This document shows, in pieces, positions 48,061-60,686 of a DNA stretch of 64,000 nt. How positions within the stretch are numbered: the stretch's first letter is position 1; every line of letters begins with the position of its first letter. The notes below the pieces were generated by a model. The model saw nothing but the letters and a program-made list of their open reading frames with translations, was not told where the DNA came from and made no database searches. The position numbers and the translations under genes were made by a program. Origin of the DNA: Scyliorhinus canicula (Eukaryota); the NCBI RefSeq assembly GCF_902713615.1, contig NC_052154.1:92015030-92079029 (forward strand), given 5' to 3'.

Positions 48061-49239
48061 CTCCCCATATTCATGCTGTTGCTCTGTATTATCACATACT
48101 CGCAAAAATGTTACAGGGGAGAAAGTGGTCATGCAGTGCGCCGTGTCTACGCCGGCTCTCCAAATGAGAATTGTGCTTAATGCCGTTTTCCTCCATTTCC
48201 CCCGTAGCCCCGCACAATGTATCTGTTCAAATCATAATTTTAGCCACTCCGGAATGCTTTGGTAGAACCCATATCAACCAGAAGTCCAGTATGTGCATTT
48301 GAGACCAGAACCACTGGTTGTGTGAAAACATTTGTTCTCACGTATATATTTGTGTTTTTTTGAAAATCAATTTAAAACTGTGCCCGGCCATTCTCAATCT
48401 CTTTGCACGCGACAAAATGTTTTCCCTATATAGTCTATCTTTCACCATTATGATTTCCAGACATTTTTGATATCCCATCTAATTCTATTCTCAGCAGGGA
48501 AAACAAGCCCCAACCTCGCCAGATTTCCTTACACCTGAAGGTTCTCACCTTTGCAACCATGTTTGTAAAATTCTCATGCACTCTCGCCAATACGTCATTA
48601 GTTATTTATGCTTGATAAAATAAACAATACGTATGCTCTGATGGAACGCCTGTGATTCTTCTTGTGAAATCTCTTCAGCAATGCCTTACATTTCCATATG
48701 TTATCCATGTTGGCAAGCACATTCTGTATAATATCGATTGTTTCCCTGGTGTGATTGATGCATCCATTTGTAATTCAGAAATGTTAAACTCCAACAACAT
48801 TAAAACTATTGGCCTCCAGATGTTAACACTTTACTTGGCTGGATTGTCTGACTTAATGTGATTGTGGATGAACGATGGCACGTGTTAGCGATCCAGCTGC
48901 CTGGCACGGCCAGTATCGACTATCCTGTAGGCAAGTCAATTTTGGGCGTCTCAGTGGCTACTGGTCTCGCCCGTGATGTGTCAATGTGTGAATAAAACTG
49001 GAGTGACCTCGCCAAAGTGCAAGTCTTCCCTTATTTTTGGGGAACATCGGATAGCGCACATATCTGGGTCTCTCTCTCTCTCATCTACAAGTGTCAATTG
49101 CGATGCCAAGGGTATATTTGAAGTACTGGCTCAAAAAATGCACACAAACCCGATCTTCTGCCGTTAGACTCAATGGAAATAGTTATCAGTGTCTCGCCCC
49201 CCGAGCCAACTATTTTTCCGATATAGCCGAAAGGTGGTG

Positions 49240-49440
49240 ACATTTCTTTCTTCAAATTCAGAGTCATTAAGCGTGACCAATCCACCTACACTGCATATCG
49301 TTTGTGTTCTGGGGGTTTGAACGACGCAGACAGCGGAAAACGTGCAAACTCCACATGGACAGTGACCCGGGACCACGATAGAACCCGGGTCTTTGGCGCC
49401 ATGAGACATCAGTACACAATTGCGCAACTGTGCCATCCTG
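49240..49440 (-). mobile_element. Short decayed V-SINE
   Basis: aaacgtgcaaactccacatggacagtgacccggg...ggcgccatgagacatcagtac. Confidence 0.65.
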
Positions 49441-50609
49441 ACAATCGTAATTCTACGATCGCTAAGAACTTGGTCCACGAGCTCAGCTGTGTCGCGGTAT
49501 GCCAATGGCCGACAATGCATGCGTTGATAGCAATTATCATTTCCCTCCCAGAATCTTCAATCTGGGGCCACAGCAGATCCAGCTTTACAGTGGTTCCACA
49601 ATAAGGCAAAATGGATGTTCTGATGATGGAGGAGGGGCTGTTTCAGGACACGGAAAGGCAAATGCATTTGACTCTCTCTTTTTGTCCATTGCTCCGAGCC
49701 ACCTTTTGAGTGTCAGCTACTGATCAATAAAGGGAAGAAAATCAAATACTTTCCGTACTAACTAAGTGAATAACATCGATCTGTTCTGATCCTGATGTTC
49801 ACGCTAATCATTAGCAGCTGAGGAACTGCAGTGTGTTGTAATCAGCTGGAGATTTTCGTCAGATTTTTGCCCTAGTAACAATAATTTTCAAGGAGGCGAG
49901 CATTAATTTTGAGGACGTACATGGACATTTTATTGCTGAATGTATTTAACATTGACGCTTGGTAGAAATAAGTAATAGCGAAGGGGACAAAATCCTTTGT
50001 AGGGGTAATTTATAGATCCGCAAATCATGGTTCCTCAGTGGCGCACTCTATAAACCACAAAATACTGGGGCCTTGGAAGAAAGATACGGCAGTAGTCATG
50101 GCAAATATTAATATGCACATGGACTGGATTCATCAAATTGGCAAGGGCAGTCTCGAGGGAGAATTTATTGATTGTGTTAGATATTGTTTCTTGGAACAAT
50201 ATGTTTTGGAACCAATAAGGAGGTAGGCTAATCTCAATTTGATATTGAGGAATGAGGAGAGATTAATTGGTTACCTCATATTTAATTATCATCGTGGGAA
50301 CAGCGAATATAGTATGATAGAATTCAAAATTCGGTATGTGGGGTGAGAAATTCCCACACTAGAATTGTGGAAGTCAACAAAGGTAATTACATCAGCATGA
50401 GGACAAATTTGGCCTGCGAAGAGTGGGCAGGAAGGCTAAAGTGAAGGTCAGTGAGGACAAATTTGTCCCGAGAAGAGTGGGCAGGAAGGCAACAGCAAAG
50501 GACAGCTGGTGCGTAGTGGCAGTTGCTTCGGGATATACTCAAGTCTTCACAACTGACATGTATTCAAGAGAGTAAGACTGATGGTGTGAAGGGTAAAAAA
50601 AAAAATCCA

Positions 50610-50922
50610 TGATGAAGCACGGTAGCACAGTGGTTATCTCTGTTCTTTCAGAGTGCCCGTGCTCCAGGTTTGATTGCCGCTTGTATTGCTATGTGTGCAG
50701 AGTCTGCACATTCTCCCTGTATCGGCGTAGGATTCATCCGGCTGCTCCGGTTTCCTCCCACAAGTTCCGAAAGACGTGCCTGTTGGCTAACTTGGACATT
50801 CTGAATTCTCCCTCTGTGTACCCGAAGAGGCGCCGGAGTGTGATGACTAGGGGATTTTCACAGTAACCTCACTGCACTGTTAATGTAAGCCTAGTTGCGA
50901 TAATAATACGTATTATCATCAT
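50610..50922 (+). mobile_element. V-SINE with non-CR1 tail
   Basis: V-core followed by cgaaagacgtg...ttttcacagtaac...aatgtaagcct...(att)n. The same type lies at ~57880-58095. Confidence 0.7.
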
Positions 50923-50929
50923 CAAATCA

Positions 50930-52150
50930 ACACTATCGGGGTGAAGAAGTTTCTTCTCACCACTGTCCCAAATGGTCTACCCAGTATCCTCAGAGTGTAA
51001 ATCCTGGGTCTAGGCACCCCATCATTGGGAACATCCGTCCTGCATCTACACTGTATGGGCCTGGTAAAATTGTATAGGTTCCTATAATACTACCACCCCC
51101 CATTCATTCTTCCGAACTCCAGCCAATACAATCCTAACTGACTCAATGTCTCCTCACACATCAGTCGCGCGATCCCAGGAATCAGTATGATAAACCTGTG
51201 TTGCACTCTATCTCCAGCAACAACATCGTTCCTCATAAGGAGAGCAAAACTTCAAACAATATTCCAGGTGTGGCATCACCACGGTCCTGTAAAACTGCAG
51301 CAATATCTCCCTGCTCCTGCACTCGAATTCTCTCACATTGAAGGTCATCATTTACCTTCTTTCCTACCTGCTGTACCTGCACGCTTATCGCCAATGACTG
51401 CTGTACAAGGACACCACGATTCCTTAGAACATTGCACTCTCCTAATATATATCCAGTCAGATAGTAGTTTGCATAATCGGTTTTGCGACCAAAGTGTGCA
51501 AAGCATTGCAATTGCCATTTATTTGCCCACCCACTGAACTTAACCAAATTACAATGAAGGAACTATGCATCTTCCTCACAGCTCAGCCTCCTACCCAACT
51601 TGGTGTCATCTGCAAATTTGGAGATATAAAATTTTTTTCCCTCACCCAAATTCTTAATATGTAATTTGTGAATAGCTGGCGTCCTACCACCTATTTCTGT
51701 GTACCCCACTAATCACCTGTCTTCCAATTTGAAAATGACCCCTTAATTAATCCGCTTTGTTCCCTTCCTGACGATCAGTTATCTATCCATCACAATACAC
51801 AACCTCTAATCCCATGCGTTTTAATTTTACACACGAAACTCGTATGTTGGACTTTGTTATAGCGCTTCTGAAAGTCCAAAAAACAACAACCACTGGTTCC
51901 CCCTCATCAACGATACGAGTTACATTCTGAAAAATTTCCAGTAGATTTGTCAAGCATTATTTACCGTTTACAAATCCATTATGGCTCACGCCGATCCTGC
52001 CATTCCTTTTGAAGTGCTCTTCTATAAAATCTTTGATACTGGATTCTAGAATTCTTCCCAATTCCGACGTTACTATTACTGGTGTATCATTTCCTGTTTC
52101 TCTCTACCTCACTTGTTAAATATATTAGCTACCCTGCAATCTGCAAGAAC
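50930..52150 (-). mobile_element. Old CR1 RT fragment
   Basis: Minus-strand remnants KFADDTKL and GVLVQQSL. An old + strand EN remnant lies at ~50000-50560. Confidence 0.65.
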
Positions 52151-52151
52151 T

Positions 52152-54200
52152 GCAGGGGAGGAAGGGGTCGAGCGAGGGAACCGTGGTTTACCAAAGAAGT
52201 AGAATCTCTTGTTAAGAGGAAGAAGGAGGCCTATGTGAAGATGAGGCGTGAAGTTTCAGTTGGGGCGCTTGATAGTTACAAGGAAGCGAGGAAGGATCTA
52301 AAGAGAGAGCTGAGACGAGCAAGGAGGGGACATGAGAAGTCTTTGGCAGGTAGGATCAAGGAAAACCCAAAAGCTTTCTATAGGTATGTCAGGAATAAAA
52401 GAATGACTAGGGTAAGAGTAGGGCCAGTCAAGGACAGTGGTGGGAAGTTGTGTGTGGAGGCTGAGGAGATAAGCGAGATACTAAATGAATACTTTTCGTC
52501 AGTATTCACTCAAGAAAAAGATAATATTGAGGAGGAGAATGCTGAGACCCAGGCTATTAGAATAGATGGCATTGAGGTGCGTAGGGAAGAAGTGTTGGCA
52601 ATTCTGGACAAGGTGAAAATAGATAAGTCCCCGGGGCCGGATGGGATTTATCCTAGGATTCTCTGGGAAGCCAGGGAAGAGATTTCTGAGCCTTTGGCTT
52701 TGATTTTTAGGTCATCATTGGCTACAGGAATAGTGCCAGAGGACTGGAGGATAGCAAATGTGGTCCCTTTGTTCAAGAAGTGGAGTAGAGATAACCCCGG
52801 TAACTATAGGCCGGTGAGCCTAACGTCTGTGGTGGGTAAAGTCTTGGAGAGGATTATAAAAGATACGATTTATAATCATCTAGATAGGAATAATATGATT
52901 AGGGATAGTCAGCATGGTTTTGTGAAGGGTAGGCCATGCCTCACAAACCTTATCGAGTTCTTTGAGAAGGTGACTGAACAGGTAGACGAGGGTAGAGCAG
53001 TTGATGTGGTGTATATGGATTTCAGTAAAGCGTTTGATAAGGTTCCCCACGGTCGGCTATTGCAGAAAATACGGAGGCTGGGGATTGAGGGTGATTTAGA
53101 GATGTGGATCAGAAATTGGCTAGTTGAAAGAAGACAGAGAGTGGTAGTTGATGGGAAATGTTCAGAATGGAGTTCAGTTACGAGTGGCGTACCACAAGGA
53201 TCTGTTCTGGGGCCGTTGCTGTTTGTCATTTTTATAAATGACCTAGAGGAGGGCGCAGAAGGATGGGTGAGTAAATTTGCAGACGACACTAAAGTCGGTG
53301 GAGTTGTAGGCAGTGCGGAAGGATGTTGCAGGTTACAGAGGGACATAGATAAGCTGCAGAGCTGGGCTGAGAGGTGGCAATTGGAGTTTAATGTGGAGAA
53401 GTGTGAGGTGATTCACTTTGGAAAGAATAACAGGAATGCGGAATATTTGGCTAATGGTAAAATTCTTGGTAGTGTGGATGAGCAGAGGGATCTCGGTGTC
53501 CATGTACATAGATCCCTGAAAGTTGCCACCCAGGTTGATAGGGTTGTGAAGAAGGCCTATGGTGTGTTGGCCTTTATTGGTAGAGGGATTGAGTTCCGGA
53601 GCCATGAGGTCATGATGCAGCTGTACCAAACTCTGGTACGGCCGCATTTGGAGTATTGCGTACAGTTCTGGTCGCCTCATTATAGGAAGGACGTGGAAGC
53701 TTTGGAACGGGTGCAGAGGAGATTTACTAGGATGTTGCCTGGTATGGAGGGAAAATCTTATGAGGAAAGGCTGATGGACTTGAGGTTGTTTTCGTTAGAG
53801 AGAAGAAGGTTAAGAGGTGACTTAATAGAGGCATACAAAATGATCAGAGGGTTAGATAGGGTGGACAGCGAGAGCCTTCTCCCGCGGATGGAGGTGGCTA
53901 GCACGAGGGGACATAGCCTTAAATTGAGGGGTAATAGATATAGGACAGAGGTCAGAGGTGGGTTTTTTACGCAAAGAGTGGTGAGGCCGTGGAATGCCCT
54001 ACCTGCAACAGTAGTGAACTCGCCAACATTGAGGGCATTTAAAAATTTATTGGATAAGCATATGGATGATAAGGGCATAGTGTAGGTTAGATGGCCTTTA
54101 GTTTTTTTTTTCCCATGTCGGTGCAACATCGAGGGCCGAAGGGCCTGTACTGCGCTGTATTGTTCTATGTTCTATGTTCTATGTTCTATGTTCTATGTTC
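52152..54200 (+). mobile_element. Young 5'-truncated CR1 LINE with an uninterrupted ORF2 segment containing the complete RT
   Basis: Open frame 52082-54085 (first ~23 codons are flank). All RT motifs present and native stop. 3'UTR with (ttctatg)n. No endonuclease domain. Confidence 0.96.
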
Positions 54201-54210
54201 CAGAGTATAT

Positions 54211-54823
54211 TGTTATGGACCAGGGTTTAGAGAACCACAAAGTGTATCATGGCGTTCACCTGACCCACAACTTTTAATAGATCGTGGTATGGGGAGCACA
54301 CGGCCTACTCGACAGGTGTGGCACAGCAGAAATTGAAAAGTATTTTTTTAAGCAAAACAATGTGTATTCTATGAATTCAAGTTAACCTTTTTAAAACAAA
54401 CAGTGCAACCATTAATTAAAATACAACCCCCAAAGAATACAACAATAAGTAATCCTTTAAGCTTAACTTTTAACATCCATAATACTTAAAACACCTTTTA
54501 CCAGAAGCACATCAGGTTAAAGTCACTACTGTTATTAGATTTAAATCACCAGTATTGTTTTACAGTCTTTAGATTACAGAGAGAAACTAATACATCTTCT
54601 CACTGTGACTGAAGCTATCCAGTTCTGAAAATGATACTAAAACACACCCTGCAGCAAACAGCCTAAAACGAAAGTAAAAAGCTGACAGACACTCACAGCT
54701 CCGCCCCCTCTCTGTGATCACTGCAGTAATAAACACCCATTTCTTAAATCTACTCTCACTACAGATATTTACATACACACCCATTTAGAAACACTCATTG
54801 CTTAAAGGTACGCTCACATGACA
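54211..54823 (-). mobile_element. Gypsy 3' LTR
   Basis: On minus it starts TGTCATGTG right after the polypurine tract GGGGCGGGGGGAGG (54824-54838) and ends CATAACA. Homologous to 899-3061. Confidence 0.85.
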
Positions 54824-56604
54824 CCTCCCCCCGCCCCCAAAAAAATAAACCATCAACTTCAAGATGGTTTCATTTTTCACCTTTTCGCAATCCTTTATGA
54901 AATGCACAGATGGTAATTCTCCAACACAGGAGGATTGGTTATCACAGATTACAGTCAGTCAAGTGCCTGTTGAAAGTCCACTGTCCACTGAAATTTTCGT
55001 TCTTTCTTCAGCAAGTCCATCCGTGGAGCAACCAGGCTACAAAACCTTTGCACAAATGTTCGATCAAATCCACTCATGCCAACAAATCGCATTGTTTCAC
55101 ATTGTCTTCAGGGCATCGGGAACTTCTCAATAACTGTAGGTTTCACATCCCTTGTGACCATACGACACTGTTCGATTGTATCGCCAAGGAGAGCAAATTG
55201 GTATTTTACAAATTCACTTTTGGCTAGGTTTATCACCAAAACCGCCGCCTGAAGTCGATTGAATAACTCCATCAAATGTATTAAATGTTCTCTCCATGTC
55301 TGACTGATAATGACCAGATCGTCGATGTATACCGCACAATTCGGTAATCCGGAAACAACTTTGTTAGTTAACCGTTCAAATGTGGCTGGAGCGTTTTTCA
55401 TGACAAATGGCATAACTTTGAATTGGCATATACCATCTGGAGTCACAAAAGCTGAAATCTCCTTCGCCCGTTCGGATAAAGGTACCTGCCAGTAACCTTT
55501 ACGTAAATTCAGTTTGGAAATAAAAGCTGATTGTCCCACTTTCTCAATGCAATCATACAAACGTGGGGTAGGATAAGAGTCACTTCTTGGAACTGCATTG
55601 ACCTTTCTACAGTCCACACACAACCGTTGGTTACCATCTGGTTTACGTAATATCATTGTGGGTGAGCTCCTTTGTCTGCAAACCACTTCAATTATGCCAT
55701 TTGTAAGCATACTCACAATCTCTTTATTAACCTGTGCCAATTTATAAGGGTGAAGTCTGTATGGATGCTATTTGATTGGAACAGCATTTCCCACATCAAC
55801 ATCATGTATCGTCACTTTAGTACTTCCCAATTTATCTCCACAAATATGCCCATGCGATATCAATAATTTGTCCTAATTTTTAAGAACATCCTCGTTTTCC
55901 AATTTAATTTGAGGTATGTCAAATTCACAGTCATCTAGATTTGGTTCGTCACTTTCAATAAGAATCATGAAAACCTCCTTTTTCTCTGCTTCCCTTTCAA
56001 AGTACCTTTTAAGCATATGCACATGACACACTCGGTGAGTCTTCCTTCTATCTGGTGTTTTACCACATAATTCACCTCACTTAATTTCCTTTCAATCTGG
56101 TAAGGTCCACAAAACCTAGCTTTTAAAGGCCCACCTACCACTGGTAAGAACACTAAAACGTTATCTCCACTGGCAAAACTACGAACTTTGGATTTCTTGT
56201 CCACTACCAGTTTCATCACATTTTGTACAACTTTTGAATGCTCTCTAACCAATTTACCTGCTCTGTTTAACCGTTCCCTAAAATTTGACACGTAATCCAA
56301 TAATGTAATTTCCAATTTCTCACTCACCAATTTTTCCATAATCAATTTAAGTGGTTCTCTTACCAATAATTAATTCAAAAGGACTAAATTTGGTTGACTC
56401 ATTAGGTGCATGCCTAATTGCAAACAGTACGAACAGAATTCCTTTATCCCAATCCTCTGGATAATCGTGACTATAAACCCTCAACCCCCTCTCCGCCATC
56501 ACTGCAGCAAGAAACACCCATTTCTTAAAGGTACTCTCACTACAGATAATTATATACACACCCATTTATAAACACCCATTTCTTAAAGGTACTCTCTCAT
56601 GACA
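54824..56604 (-). mobile_element. Internally deleted Gypsy (Gmr1-like) pol remnant: partial 5' LTR, integrase C-terminus, RT
   Basis: LTR start TGTCATGAG at 56604. IN core end DYPEDWDKG..FVLFAIR..PNESTKFSPFEL and GPY motif (55965-56485). RT PIKQHPYR...RLCVD.RKVN...KGYWQVPL...YIDD (55108-55790). Confidence 0.85.
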
Positions 56605-58110
56605 CTAGAGAATGCTGGAATATGACCAATATTGCTTGCTCTATGTCTGGAGCCCTTCGTTAAGCTCTCAGGGGTGTAGATTATCAGGTCCTGGCGATTT
56701 ACCAGCCTCCAAACACATAAATTACCTCAACACAAGCTCTCTACTAATATTGAGCTTCTTCAGTTTCTCTCGCTCACTGCACCCTGCGTTCCCCAACATT
56801 TCCGGTATCTCATGTCTGCCTTCATTTGTAAAGAGAGATCCAAACTATGTATTAAGTTGCTCAGCAATTTCTTTGCTCCCATAATACAATTATCTGTTTC
56901 CGACATTTGTCTTAACCGATCTTTATCTCTTCAAGTACTTACTTAAATTTACAGTCAGATTTAATGTTATCTGCAAGCTTACTCTCCTACGGTATTTTCC
57001 TCTTCCTTATCAATCCCCTGGTCCTTCTGTGCTGAATTCTAAACTACTCCAAGTTATTTTTCTGGGCCAATTTGTATCCTTCTTCCTTGGACCGCATACT
57101 ATCACTAATTTCATTGATGGTCATGGTTTGGCCACTTCCCATTTTAGTTTTGTGACAGACAGGAATCAACAACGGTTGCAGCCTCCCCATGCACTCCTTG
57201 AATGCTTGCTATTGCATATCTACTGTCATCACTTTAAGAATGTGTCCCAAGCGATCATAGCCAACTCACGCCTCATATCATCACTTTTTCATTTCTTACG
57301 ATTCAGGACCCTAGCCTCAGAATCAACTACTTCTCTCCATATTGATGAAACATTCTAACATATTGTTGTCACTCATCCCGAAGGGGCCTAACACAAAGAG
57401 ATTACCAATTATTCTGTTCTCATTACAGAGTACCCAGTCTAGAATGACCTGTTCTCCAATTGGTTCCTCAATGGATTCGTCCAGAAAACCACCCCATATA
57501 CATTTCAGGAATGTCTCCTCTATGCTATTGTGGTTAAATTAATTTGCCCAATATATATGCCGACCAAGTCACCCAAAATGACTGATGTTCCTTTATTGCA
57601 AATTTCCTGTTTAATGCCATTCTCAACACCACCACTAAAGTTTGGAGTTCTCTATGCAATGACGATTTACGAGTTTTGCCACTTGGCGTTTCTCAGATGC
57701 ACACATACAGATTCGACATTGTCGTATCAACCCTCACTATTGTGTTAACTTCCTTTTTCACCAGCTCTGCCACTCCACCGCGTTATTCAGTTTGTTAATC
57801 CTTCCTAAATACTGGATAACCCTGTACATTCAGTTCCCATCCCTGGTCACACTGCAGCTATTTCTTGGTAACCTCGATCACAGCGTCTGCACATTCTCTC
57901 CGTGTCTGCGTGGGTTTCCTCCGGGAGTTCTGGTTTCATCGCACAAGTCACGAAAGGTGTGCTGTTAGGTAATTTGGACTTTCTGAATTTTTGATTTGTG
58001 TACCAGAACAGGCGCCAGAATGTGACAACGAGGGGCTTTTCACAATAACGTCATTGCAGTGTTAATGTAAGGCTACTTGTGACAATAAAGCTTATTATTA
58101 TTGTAATCCC
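56605..58110 (-). mobile_element. Old CR1 EN-region fragment with V-SINE at its right end
   Basis: Decayed CR1 ORF2 N-terminal similarity on minus. + strand SINE core and tail at ~57880-58095, and a second-family SINE tail at ~58120-58260 with (caattt)n. Confidence 0.6.
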
Positions 58111-58419
58111 GATTATATTCCCATACCAGCCTACCCGGACAGGTGCCGGAATGTGGCGACGAGGGGCTTTTCACAGTAACTTCATTGAAGCCTACTCGTG
58201 ACAATAAGCAATTTTCAATTTCAATTTCAATTTCAATTTATCAATTTTCAATTTTCATTTTTTTCGATTATACTACATCAGTTTATCTCTTTTTGCGGGA
58301 TTAGTTGATCCATTTTATTCTAATGCTCTGCACGTTGAAGCACACAACTGTTACCTTGTCATTTTAAAATTAGTTGTCCCACTCCCAATATTTTTCACTG
58401 TGGTCCTCTTTCAATATCG

Positions 58420-60686
58420 AACACAGAACATAGAATAATACAGCACAGAACGGGCCCTTCGGCCCACGGTGCTGTGCCCAAATTTTGCCCTAGATTAAGA
58501 ACAAATTAATCTACACCCGATAATTCTACCATAATCCATGTACCTATCTAATAGCCGCTTGAAGGTTCCTAATGTTTCTGACTCAACTACTTCCACAGGC
58601 AGTGCATTCCATGCCCCCACTACACTCTGGGTAAAGAACCTACCTCTGACATCCTCCCTATAACTTCCACCATTCACTTTAAATCTATGTCCCATTGTAA
58701 TGGTTTGTTCAGCCCGAGGAAAAAGTATCTGACTGTTGACTCTATCTATTCCCCTGATCATCTTTGCAACCTCTATTAAGTCGCACCTCACCCTTCTCTG
58801 TTCTAATGAGAAAAGGCCACGCACCCTCAACCTTTCCTCGTAAGACCCACTCTCCATTCCAGGCAACATTCTGGTAAATCTCCTTTCCACCTTTTACAAA
58901 GCTTCCACAGCCTTCCTAAAACGAGGCGACTAGAAATTCACACAGTCCTCCAAATGTGGCCTTACCAAGGTTTTGTACAGCTGCATCATCACCTGACGGC
59001 TCTTAAATTCGATCCTTCTGCTAATGAACGCTAGCACACTACAGGCCTTCTTCACAGCTCTATCTACTTGAGTGGCAACTTTCAAAGATCTACGAAAATA
59101 GACCCCAAGATCTCTCTGCTCCACCACATTGCCAAGAAACCTACCGTTAACCCTGTATTCCGCATTTATATTTGTCCTTCCAAAATGGACAATCTCACAC
59201 TTTTCAGCGTTAAACTCCATCTGCCACTTCTTAGCCTAGCACTGTATCCTATCTATGTCTCTTTGCAGCCGACAACAGCCCTTCTCACTATCCACAACAC
59301 CACCAATCTTTGCATTGTCTCTAATTTACTGGCCCACCCTTCAACTCCCTCATCTCAGTAATTAATGAAAATCACAAGCAGCAGAGAACCCAGAAATGAT
59401 CCCTGCAGTATGCCAGTGGTAACTAGGCTCCAGGCTGAATATTTGCCATCCACCATCACTCTCTGACTTCTATCAGTTAGCCAGTTCGTTATCCAACAAG
59501 CCAAATTTCCCACTATCACATGCCTCCTCACATGCATAAGCCTACCATGGGGAACCTTATGAAGTGCCTTAATAGAATACATGTACACTGCATCCACTAC
59601 TTTACCTTCATCCACGTGCTTGGTAACCTCCTTCAAGAATTCAATAAGACTTGTGAGGCAAGACCTACCCTTCACAAATCCGTGCTGACTATCCATAATC
59701 AAGCAGTATCATTCCAGATGCTCAGAAATCCTATCCCTCAGTACACTTTCCATTACTTTGCCTACCACTGAAGTAAGTCTAACTGTCCTGTTATTCCCAG
59801 GGTTATCCCCATTCGCTTTTTTGAACAGCGGCACAACATTCGCCACTCTCCAATACCCTGGTACCACCCCTGTTGACAGTGAGGACGAAAAGGTCATTGC
59901 CAACGGCTCTGCAATTTCATCTCTTGCTTTCCATAGAATTCTAGGATATATTTGGGTAGCACGGTAGCATGGTGGTTAGCATAAATGCTTCACAGCTCCA
60001 GGGTCCCAGGTTCGATTCCTGGCTGGGTCACTGTCTGTGTGGAGTCTGCACATCCTCCCCGTGTGTGCGTGGGTTTCCTCCGGGTGCTCCGGTTTCCTCT
60101 CACAGTCCAAAGATGTGCGGGTTAGGTGGATTGGCCATGCTAAATTGCCCGTAGTGTCCTAAAAAGTAAGGTTACTGGTATAGGGTGGATACGTTGGCTT
60201 GAGTAGGGTGATCATTGCTCGGCACAACATTGAGGGCCGAAGGGCCTGTTCTGTGCTGTACTGTTCTATGTTATATGTTCTATCCCGTCAGGCACGGGGG
60301 ACTTGTCTATCCTCAAATTTTTCAAAATGCACAACACATTTTCCTTCCTAACAAGTATCTCTTCAAGCTTACCAGTCTATTTCACATTGTCCTCTCCAAC
60401 CATATGGCCCCTCTCATTTGGAAATACTGAAGAAAATTACTCGTTCAAGACCTCTCCTATCTCTTAAGACTCAATACACAATCTCCCGCTATTGTCCTTG
60501 ATCGGACCTACCCTCGCTCTTGTCCTTCTCATATTTCTCACATATGTGTAAAAGGCCTTGGGGTTTTCCTTGATCTTACCCGCCAAAGATTTTTCATGCC
60601 CTCTCTTAGCACTCCTAATCCCTTTCTTCAGTTCCCTCCTGGCTACCTTGTATCCCTCCAGCGTCCTGTCTGAATCTTGTTTCCGC
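58420..60686 (-). mobile_element. CR1 LINE ORF2 fragment with deletions, containing a young V-SINE (+) at 59954-60283
   Basis: RRFTRMLPG, MEFNAEKCE, DSQHGFVKG, RVANVVPLF on minus. Host reads ggatatat|cccgtc across the SINE. Confidence 0.88.

Noticed and set aside
48100-48265. Plus-strand peptide NVTGEKVVMQC resembling an Ig B strand
   Set aside because: No downstream Trp or YxC, and the region overlaps the reverse complement of an old CR1 3' tail.
52082-54085. 667-aa ORF as a host gene or autonomous LINE
   Set aside because: It is a 5'-truncated CR1 ORF2 lacking the endonuclease and promoter. The GTG start lies in unrelated flank.
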